This document shows, one piece after another, positions 56,987 to 64,000 of a stretch of 64,000 nt of DNA; within the stretch, counting starts at the first letter, position 1; every line of letters begins with the position of its first letter. The notes under the pieces were generated by a model. The model did not search any database, had not been told where the DNA came from, and was given only the letters and a program-made list of their open reading frames with translations. Source of the DNA: Betaproteobacteria bacterium (lineage in GTDB: Bacteria > Bacillota > UBA5301 > DYFA01); the NCBI GenBank assembly GCA_050260635.1, contig JBLNCL010000016.1, positions 33,355 to 97,354 on the forward strand, in the 5' to 3' direction. The translations under genes and the position numbers were made by a program.

Positions 56987-58785
56987 GCAATCCCCAGCCT
57001 CTCCAGAGCCTCCTTGGTCGGCACGCCTTGGGCGTCCCACCCGCGGAGCCGATAGTATTCGGCCAGCATCTCGGCGAGCCCCACGACCTTGCCCTTGGCC
57101 GGCCCCTCAGGCATGGGCTCGGAGAGGAGGCGCGGCGCCAGGGTGTCGTCAGCGCCGGTAAACCCGGCGGCCAGGTTGAACAACCGCTCCAGGTTCCAGA
57201 TGCGCTCGCCGGCCAGGAGACCGCTCTCCACCGTGTAGTCCACTCCGGTGGCGGCCGAGAGCATCGCCACGACCTCCGGCGCCCCCAGGGCGAAGGTGGT
57301 GAAGAGGCACATCCCAGCCGAATCGACCAGGGCGGTGACGTCCTGGAAGGCCTTCACCCACAGCGGCTTGTTCTCTGTCGTCAGCGGGTCGAGCTGCTCC
57401 GGGACGCCGAGGATCTCGGGGGAGATCGTGTAGCCCCGGACGTGGCACCCGCCCCGGTTGGAGGTGGCGTAGTTGAGGCCGATGCCCTGGGTGCCCCGCG
57501 GGTCGTAGGCCGGGTACTCCTGCTTCTTGGCGCTCATCGAGAGTTCGGGGTGGCCGTACTTGGAGGCCAGGCGCCAGGACCCCTCCGCCAGGAGGTCGCC
57601 GAAGCCCTCGCGGTAACCCACCTTCCGGGCCATCTCCACCAAGACATCCCCGTCGCCCCAGCGGAGCGGGACCCCGCTATCCTCCTTGGGCAGGTAACCC
57701 TTCTCGTACAGCTCCATGGCGCAAGCCAGCGTCGCCCCGAAGGAGATCGGGTCGTAACCCAACTCGTTGGCGATGTAGTTAGCCTTAGTGATGGCCTCGA
57801 GGTCGTCGATGCCGCAGTCGGAACCGAGCGCGAAGAGCGGTTCGTACTCGGGACCTTCGCCGGCCCCCTTAAACCGTCCTTCCTTCACCTCGGTGGCCCG
57901 GCCGCAGGCGATCGGACAGGCGAAGCAGGCCTTCTTGCGCACCAGCGTCCGTTCCGCCATCGCCTCGCCGCTGATCTTCTCCGCTCCCGGGAAGACCCCG
58001 GTCTGGAAGTTGCGGGTGGGGAAGATGCCGTGGGCGTTGATGATGTTGACCAGGATCGCCGTGCCGTAGGCGGGCAGGCCGGTGCTGGTCACCGGATGGG
58101 CCTTGGTCTTCGCGAAGGCGTCGAGCATCGCCTCCCGGAACCTGGCCGGGTCCGCAACCTTGATGCCTCCAATGCCGCGGACGGCGATCGCCTTGAGGTT
58201 CTTCGCCCCGAGGACCGCTCCAACCCCGGACCGGCCGGCCGCCCGGTGCTTGTCGTTGACTACGCAGGCGAACTTGACCAGGTTCTCGCCGGCGGGGCCG
58301 ATCGAAGCAATCTTGGCCTCAGGATCCGTTTCAGCGTGAAGGATGTCTTCGGTTTCGTGGGTGGTCTTGCCCCAGAGATGGTCGGCGGGGCGCACCTCGA
58401 TCTGCCCGTTCTCCACCCAGAGATAGACCGGGTTCGGCGCCTTTCCTTCGATGATCAGGGCGTCGAAGCCGGCGTACTTCAACTCCGGACCCCAATAGCC
58501 GCCCGAGTTGGAGGCGGCGATGGTGCCCGTCAGCGGGGACTTGGTGACGACGTTGTAGCGGGCCCCCGAGATGGCGGCAGTTCCCGTGAGGGGCCCGGCA
58601 GCGAAGATCACCTTGTTCTCCGGGGCGTAGGGATCGATTTGGGGATCCACCTCGTCGCAGAAGAGCTTGGTCCCCAGGCCGCGGGCGCCGACGTAGTCCC
58701 TGGCCACCACCGGGTCCAGGTCCTCGACGGTCACCCTACCAGACGTCAGGTCCACCCGACCGATCTTGCCCATCCACCCGTACAT
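56950..58785 (-). CDS. aor: Aldehyde:ferredoxin oxidoreductase (tungsten/molybdopterin AOR family)
   Basis: [16 protein letters not shown]...AAGPLTG...EGKA canonical AOR N-terminus; ~610 aa; start ATG overlaps the ferredoxin stop (ATGA). Confidence 0.9.
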   Translation of the reverse strand: MYGWMGKIGRVDLTSGRVTVEDLDPVVARDYVGARGLGTKLFCDEVDPQIDPYAPENKVIFAAGPLTGTAAISGARYNVVTKSPLTGTIAASNSGGYWGPELKYAGFDALIIEGKAPNPVYLWVENGQIEVRPADHLWGKTTHETEDILHAETDPEAKIASIGPAGENLVKFACVVNDKHRAAGRSGVGAVLGAKNLKAIAVRGIGGIKVADPARFREAMLDAFAKTKAHPVTSTGLPAYGTAILVNIINAHGIFPTRNFQTGVFPGAEKISGEAMAERTLVRKKACFACPIACGRATEVKEGRFKGAGEGPEYEPLFALGSDCGIDDLEAITKANYIANELGYDPISFGATLACAMELYEKGYLPKEDSGVPLRWGDGDVLVEMARKVGYREGFGDLLAEGSWRLASKYGHPELSMSAKKQEYPAYDPRGTQGIGLNYATSNRGGCHVRGYTISPEILGVPEQLDPLTTENKPLWVKAFQDVTALVDSAGMCLFTTFALGAPEVVAMLSAATGVDYTVESGLLAGERIWNLERLFNLAAGFTGADDTLAPRLLSEPMPEGPAKGKVVGLAEMLAEYYRLRGWDAQGVPTKEALERLGIAWKSSSSRSSVA

Positions 58786-59267
58786 CAGCCTGCCACCTCC
58801 CGGAGAACATCCATCAGCTTGCGCGCCACCTCGCGGCGCTTCGCCACGACCGCCCGGTCCGCTTCCACGTACTCCAGGGCGCCCCACTGACAGAACTTGA
58901 CGCACTCCGGATCGCCCTGGCAGAGGTCGCACTTGGTCACCTTGCCGTTCTCCGGCACATAGACCGGCGCGCCGAACGGGCAGGCCATGATGCACATCTT
59001 GCAGCCGATGCAGCGGTTCTGGTCGATTTCGACGGCCCCCGTCACCTCGCTGCGGGCGACGGCCCCCGCCGGACAGACCTTCTGGCAGACCGGCTCCTCG
59101 CAGTGCTGGCAGGTCACGGGGAAGTAGAAGTCGTCATCGAGGAAGACGGCCACACTGAGGCGAGCCTTGGCCGGATTGAATTCGCCCGCCCCCTTCAACG
59201 AACAGACCAGCTCGCACCGGTGACAGGCGGTGCACTTCTCGTGGTTGACCTTGAGGTACTTGCTCAA
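58785..59267 (-). CDS. Poly-[4Fe-4S] ferredoxin (electron-transfer partner of AOR)
   Basis: Four CxxCxxCxxxCP-type clusters ([52 protein letters not shown]). Confidence 0.8.
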   Translation of the reverse strand: MSKYLKVNHEKCTACHRCELVCSLKGAGEFNPAKARLSVAVFLDDDFYFPVTCQHCEEPVCQKVCPAGAVARSEVTGAVEIDQNRCIGCKMCIMACPFGAPVYVPENGKVTKCDLCQGDPECVKFCQWGALEYVEADRAVVAKRREVARKLMDVLREVAG

Positions 59268-59497
59268 TCCGCATCCCTCCTACGAGATTAGTCCGGAAGA
59301 GCGCTTCGGTCCGGCTGTCACCCCCTCGGCAAGTAACTCCCAGACAATTAAGACTACTTCGCCAACTCAACCATCCCTGCCTAAGAAACCAGAAAATCCC
59401 TGACTGGCGGAGGGCGCCGGGAACTGGCAGGAGCCGGGCGACGGCTGCCAAAGTAATGTGCTGTGGAAGCGGGAGACCCGGAAGGAGGATGGAGCCC

Positions 59498-60283
59498 ATG
59501 ACCCTGACTGCGGAGCAGGTTGCCCGTTATTGCCGGACCATGCTCCTCCCCGAGGTGGGCGAGGCTGGACAAAACCGTCTGATGGGCGCCAAGGCCCTGG
59601 TCGTCGGGGCGGGCGGACTGGGCTCGGCGGCCGCTTTCTATCTAGCCGCGGCCGGCGTGGGGCGGCTGGGCATCGCCGACGGCGACCGGGTCGAGCTGTC
59701 CAACCTGCAGCGCCAGATCCTCCACCGGACGGCTGATCTCGGGCGGGCCAAGGCGGAATCGGCGGCGCGCACCCTCCGGGAACTCAATCCAGAAATCGAG
59801 GTGATTCCGTATTCGGTGGTGGTCGACGAAACGAACGCCGCCGGGCTGGTCGCCGGGTACGATGTGGTGGTGGGCGCTGTGGACAACCTGAGAGCGCGGT
59901 ATCTGATCAATGAGGCCTGCGTCCAGGCGGGCATACCCCTGGTCGAGGGCGCAGTGAGCGGAACGAGCGGCTTTGTCACCACCTTCCCGGCGGGGGGCCG
60001 CCCCTGTTACCGCTGCCTCTTCCCGACCCAGCCGCCATCGAGAGAGGCGGGGGAGAGCCCCGGCCCAGGGGTTCTCGGCCCCACCGCGGGGACGATCGGC
60101 GTCCTGCAGGCCACCGAGGCGCTCAAAGTTCTCCTGGGGCGGGGAGTGGCCCTGGTGGGCAGGCTTCTCCACGTCGATCTCTGGACGAACGAGTTCCGCC
60201 TGATCGACTTGGTTCCGGCGCCGGAGTGCCCAGTCTGTGGAACCGCCCGCGAGGGACCGATCGGCCTACCGGGCGCAGGCTAG
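59498..60283 (+). CDS. ThiF/MoeB/HesA-family E1-like adenylyltransferase with C-terminal CxxC...CxxC
   Basis: VVGAGGLGSAAAFYLAAAGVG Rossmann motif; RQIL...; CYRC...CPVC zinc motif; GGAGGA RBS 9 nt before the ATG. Confidence 0.8.
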   Translation: MTLTAEQVARYCRTMLLPEVGEAGQNRLMGAKALVVGAGGLGSAAAFYLAAAGVGRLGIADGDRVELSNLQRQILHRTADLGRAKAESAARTLRELNPEIEVIPYSVVVDETNAAGLVAGYDVVVGAVDNLRARYLINEACVQAGIPLVEGAVSGTSGFVTTFPAGGRPCYRCLFPTQPPSREAGESPGPGVLGPTAGTIGVLQATEALKVLLGRGVALVGRLLHVDLWTNEFRLIDLVPAPECPVCGTAREGPIGLPGAG

Positions 60284-61627
60284 CCTGGCCAGGCGGTAGA
60301 CGGAGAACAGGCTGATGGCGGTGGTGGCGAGCAGCGCAGCGAGGAACAGCCGCCGGGGGTCGAGGTGGCGAGCGGGCAGCAGACCGGCCAGACGGACGCC
60401 GGGAGCGGCCGCCTGGGTGGCAAGCCCGACCCCCAGGTCGTCCACCCAAGGGGCGGGGGACAGTTCGTAGGGGCGAGGTGGCTGCTGCACCAGGCTGTGC
60501 AGGAACTCCTCCACCTCGTGGCGGAGGGCGGGGTCAGAGCGAGGATCGCCGTAGCCGGCGTCGTAGGGGAGGGAGGCTGCCTCGGGGGTGCCGAACAGGA
60601 CCCGGACATCCTCAGCCAGCGTCTCCTCGGGCGACCGGGTCCAGTTTTCCGTCTTCACCTCGCCGTCCTCACGCCAGGCGGGGATGCCGCGAAGCTTCAG
60701 GTAGCGCCCCCACTCCCAGGGTGCCTCCCGGAGGTGTCCGCCGAGCCGCGAGAGACTCAGGTGGTGGCCGAACTCGTGCGTCACCGTGCTGGCCGCCTGG
60801 TGGTCCACCAGCCGCTCGGTCAGTGGTTCCCCTCCCAGCAGGGCGTAGCCCGAGCCGCCGACTCCACTCACGTGGCCTAGGGAGCCGGGCAGGAGATAGA
60901 CCCGGTACCCGGACAACGCCGCGTCCGGCAGGCGCATCCCCTGGAGCGCCCGAACTACTTCGTCCTGGCGGGCGAACTTCCGGGGGAGGGTTCGGTATAG
61001 GCGATAGCCGCCGATGGTGAAAACCGCCTCTGGTCCGGGCAGTCGGGCCAGAGGAAACCCCTCCAGGAGGTTCTGGCGATTCTGCCGAGCCAGGGCCAGA
61101 GCGTGGAGTCTCCCGGTGACCGCCGGGCCGTACACCCGGAAGCCACGGGGATCGGCGTAGGCGCCCGTCCGGTCCAAGCGGGCGAGTTCCCGGTCGAGGA
61201 GGTCGCGCTCCTCCCGGAGCCGCCGCCGGAGTTCAGTGGCCGAAAGCCGGCTGAGATCGGCCAGGTGACGCAGGTCCGCCTGATACCAAAGGTCATACCG
61301 AAGCGGCAGGGGCTGGAAGAAGGGGAGTGAGGCCTGGCGGGAGAACGAGTCTGGCTCGTGCAGGCCAAAGAGGCTGACCAGGGCGGCGAGAGCGGGGGCC
61401 AACAAGGCGAGGGCCAAGACGAAGGCTGCCAGGGCGGCCAGCGGCGGGAGGGTTTTCCGGCGGGAGCGCTGGGTGCTGCCGGGCGGCCGGTCCAGGCGGG
61501 GGCGGCGGCGGGTGGTCAGGGCGTCGGCGTAAGCCTGGGGGGACCAGCGGACCCAGTGGCGAACGCGGACGGAGTAGGGCACTCCCGCCAACACTCTTCC
61601 TCCCTCGGCGGAATTCTCTAGGCGCAC
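60266..61627 (-). CDS. Hypothetical membrane protein with an HExxH (THEFGHH) zincin-like motif
   Basis: N- and C-terminal hydrophobic segments; HEFGHH; otherwise unrecognisable. Confidence 0.4.
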   Translation of the reverse strand: MRLENSAEGGRVLAGVPYSVRVRHWVRWSPQAYADALTTRRRPRLDRPPGSTQRSRRKTLPPLAALAAFVLALALLAPALAALVSLFGLHEPDSFSRQASLPFFQPLPLRYDLWYQADLRHLADLSRLSATELRRRLREERDLLDRELARLDRTGAYADPRGFRVYGPAVTGRLHALALARQNRQNLLEGFPLARLPGPEAVFTIGGYRLYRTLPRKFARQDEVVRALQGMRLPDAALSGYRVYLLPGSLGHVSGVGGSGYALLGGEPLTERLVDHQAASTVTHEFGHHLSLSRLGGHLREAPWEWGRYLKLRGIPAWREDGEVKTENWTRSPEETLAEDVRVLFGTPEAASLPYDAGYGDPRSDPALRHEVEEFLHSLVQQPPRPYELSPAPWVDDLGVGLATQAAAPGVRLAGLLPARHLDPRRLFLAALLATTAISLFSVYRLARLACAR

Positions 61628-61669
61628 CTTCAGGGTACCACGCCAGAAAAGAACGCGTAAACGCGTGAA

Positions 61670-62674
61670 ATGCTGGAAGCACGGATTCTGCCTTCCAGCC
61701 AGGCCAGGTGGACATCTTACAGTGGGGTGAGCGGCGTGCGGCGGAAGGGACCAGTCTGGTGGCGACAGTGGCCGGTGGCGGCGGCCATCGTCGCGGCTGG
61801 GCTGACGCTTTGGGTGGTGCTGGCACTGGGGGCGCTCCGGGTGGTTGCCCCCACGGAAGGGTCGCTCCTCGCACTGGCTGCCCGGCTTACCCCGGCCGAA
61901 CGGAAGGCCATCCGGGAAGGCCGGGTCCGCTTCCTTGACGGACTGGAGGCGTGCCGTCTCGCTGCTCGGCCGACCCCCGCCGGGGCGCCCGCCGACCGTC
62001 AGGAGGTGCTAGTCATCCTCAACCCGCCGGGTGTCTTCCGGACAAGGGGCCGCTGGAGCGGGGGCGGAGCCGGCGTGAGCGACGGCGAGCGGGTCTGGGC
62101 CATCACTGAGGCCGCCATCAAGCTGAAAGCCCGACTCATGGTGGACTGCACCAACGCCGACCTGGCCCGCCTGACCCCAGCTGGCTGGCGGAGTGTCCTC
62201 CGGGCCAAGCAGGCAGGCCTCTGGCGGCTGGTCGTGTTCGACGGGGCGCACCACCTGCCGGCCCTCGCGGCGGATCCGGAACTCCTGCTCCTGCCCATCC
62301 TCCGGTCCGGCCGGGAGGCGCTGATCATCCACGGTTACGTCCGAGACGCCCTGCCGCTGGCCTCCCTGCAGCGGGTGCTGGCAAATACAGGGCTTGAGCC
62401 GGCGATCCTGACTATCCCCCGTTTTTCCCTGCCGCTCAAGGAGAACCTGCCCCTCCGGCTGGTTGCGCTCCAGGTGCTGCGCCGGGTGGCGGAAAGGGGA
62501 GCGCCCTTGTCTCCCGCGGGCAAGCCCCGTCAGCCAGGAACCCGGTTTTCCCGCCGGATCGCCCTGACGGGGGCGGTGGGGGAGCTGAAACGGCCGGTTT
62601 GCGTGTGGGACGTGCTGCTCCGCTATCCCGCCGCCCTGGCCGGCCAGCCCCTGCCCTGGTCTGTCAACTGGTGA
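61670..62674 (+). CDS. Hypothetical membrane-anchored protein (divergent partner of the HExxH protein)
   Basis: ORF with one N-terminal TM segment; no recognisable motif. Confidence 0.4.
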   Translation: MLEARILPSSQARWTSYSGVSGVRRKGPVWWRQWPVAAAIVAAGLTLWVVLALGALRVVAPTEGSLLALAARLTPAERKAIREGRVRFLDGLEACRLAARPTPAGAPADRQEVLVILNPPGVFRTRGRWSGGGAGVSDGERVWAITEAAIKLKARLMVDCTNADLARLTPAGWRSVLRAKQAGLWRLVVFDGAHHLPALAADPELLLLPILRSGREALIIHGYVRDALPLASLQRVLANTGLEPAILTIPRFSLPLKENLPLRLVALQVLRRVAERGAPLSPAGKPRQPGTRFSRRIALTGAVGELKRPVCVWDVLLRYPAALAGQPLPWSVNW

Positions 62675-62856
62675 CGCTTGGCAGGAAACCTCGCCCGGTT
62701 GTCAAATAACCTGTAGCTAGCTAGAATAAAGCCGTATATCCAGAGCAGGCGATCGGCCGCACGGCTGGTGGGGCTGGGCTCCGACGGAGCAGCAGGTGAG
62801 ACCTGTGGGACTGGGGTGACTCGGGACCATCAGGTCTTTTTGTATGGGGGTGCACC

Positions 62857-63753
62857 ATGAGCGACGAACAGCGGTTCCGGAAAATTCGCCGCGTTCTGAT
62901 CGTCATCTTGGTTCTCAACTGGTCGGTAGCCCTGGCCAAGGTTATCTACGGCATCATCACGCGCAGCGCCAGCATGACCGCGGACGGCTATCACTCGCTG
63001 TCCGACGGGGCCTCCAACATCGTCGGCCTCATTGGCATCAGTCTTGCCGCCCGCCCGGCCGACGAGGACCATCCCCTCGGGCATAAGAAATACGAAACCT
63101 TTGCCTCGATCGCCATCGCCGGCCTGCTGGTCCTGGTTTCGCTGAACATTCTGGAGCGGGTGGTCCAGAGGCTCCTCCATCCGGGTGGACCAGGGCCGGA
63201 GGTCACCCTGGCCAGCTTCGCCGTGATGCTCGTGACCCTTGCCGTCAACTACGCCGTGATGACTTGGGAGCGGCGGCAGGGAAAGGTCTTGCAAAGCGAC
63301 ATCCTCGTTTCCGACTCTTGTCACACGATGAGCGACCTCTACGTTTCCCTTTCGGTTATCGCCACTCTGCTCGCCGTCAAGCTGGGTCTGCCCTGGTTGG
63401 ACGTGGTGGCGGCGTTGGTGATCGCCGGGCTCATTGTACGCTCCGCGGTCGAGATCGTTCGGCATGGATCGAACGTTCTTTGCGATGCAGCCGTCATGGA
63501 CGCCCTCGACATCGAGCAGGTGGTCGTAACGGTGCCGGGGGTGCGCTCCTGCCACCGGATTGTGAGCCGCGGCCGCCAGGACGACCTGGAGATCACGCTC
63601 CATGTCCAGGTGGACCCCGACATGCACGTGGAGGACGCCCACGACTTGGTCCACGAGATCGAGCTCGCCGTGCGCCGGGCCTATCCGGGAGTCAGCCGGG
63701 TGATCTCCCACATCGAGCCGTTTACTGAGGCGATGGCCCCTTCCTCGCGCTAG
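62857..63753 (+). CDS. Cation diffusion facilitator (CDF) family metal efflux transporter
   Basis: HSLSDG...H...D motif in TM2/TM5 (ADGYHSLSDGASN); ~300 aa; C-terminal cytoplasmic domain. Confidence 0.85.
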   Translation: MSDEQRFRKIRRVLIVILVLNWSVALAKVIYGIITRSASMTADGYHSLSDGASNIVGLIGISLAARPADEDHPLGHKKYETFASIAIAGLLVLVSLNILERVVQRLLHPGGPGPEVTLASFAVMLVTLAVNYAVMTWERRQGKVLQSDILVSDSCHTMSDLYVSLSVIATLLAVKLGLPWLDVVAALVIAGLIVRSAVEIVRHGSNVLCDAAVMDALDIEQVVVTVPGVRSCHRIVSRGRQDDLEITLHVQVDPDMHVEDAHDLVHEIELAVRRAYPGVSRVISHIEPFTEAMAPSSR

Positions 63754-64000
63754 AACTCTCCTTCCTCAAGCAGCGGTTGGACCACGGACTTGGTCTTCCA
63801 GCGGCCGGTCAGGTAGTAGCCGTAGCTCAAGAGCAAGCCTGCCACGGGGCTGGCCGCCACGGCTACCCAGATGCCGGTCGGTCCGAGTGAGGGGACGGCG
63901 GAAAGGACCTTGGCCAGGGGCACACGGATCAGCCATAGCGACCCGATCGTGTTGAGCATCGTCGGAAGGCTATCCCCAGCGCCGCGCAGGGCGCCGTTGA
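63750..64000 (-). CDS. MATE-family efflux transporter, C-terminal part (the gene continues beyond the window end)
   Basis: C-terminal helices and ...YYLTGRWK tail typical of MATE/NorM; frame open to position 64000. Confidence 0.55.
   Translation of the reverse strand, partial: NGALRGAGDSLPTMLNTIGSLWLIRVPLAKVLSAVPSLGPTGIWVAVAASPVAGLLLSYGYYLTGRWKTKSVVQPLLEEGEF

Noticed and set aside
57028-58890. 620-aa plus-strand ORF antisense to AOR; 55437-56210 plus-strand ORF antisense to the oxidoreductase; 62830-63711 minus-strand ORF antisense to the CDF gene
   Set aside because: Sense strands carry canonical family motifs (AOR N-terminus, Rossmann GxGxxG, CDF HSLSDG); the antisense ORFs are GC-driven artefacts.

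Overview
This is a high-GC (~65-70%) bacterial chromosomal window with Firmicutes-like gene content; I could not place it to genus. The main accessory feature is a complete, lower-GC type I-C CRISPR-Cas locus (cas3-cas5c-cas8c-cas7c-cas4-cas1-cas2, 19079-26668). It carries a 17-repeat array (26846-27941) whose spacers S5 and S7 are near-duplicates, which suggests re-acquisition of the same protospacer after a point mutation. Flanking the locus are an HprK-like P-loop protein of unknown function divergent from cas3, a DUF2935-like gene, a fused MNT-HepT toxin/antitoxin-like polypeptide, and a classical HEPN/MNT pair. The rest of the window is largely c-type cytochrome and respiratory content. 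It has a UbiD/UbiA/UbiX (mqnL/P/M-like) operon followed by a putative hexaheme cytochrome with a CX4CH motif. It has two divergently transcribed paralogous tetraheme cytochromes. It has a cytochrome c3 plus a Tat-exported flavoprotein reductase next to a System I ccm operon (ccmE-F-A-B-C-D order, ccmA without a canonical start codon, an uncalled 45-aa ccmD-like ORF). It has a tungsten-type aldehyde:ferredoxin oxidoreductase cluster with MoaD and MoeB. Other content includes TrkA paralogs, a P-type ATPase, a frameshifted low-GC MFS pseudogene, an SsuABC-like transporter, a LacI/cre-controlled sugar-ABC and peptidase cluster, a GntR-PfkB-BtpA module, LexA with a candidate SOS box, a CDF transporter and a partial MATE exporter. 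Many large six-frame ORFs are GC-driven antisense artefacts and were rejected. All similarity calls below are from memory of family motifs; no database search was run.
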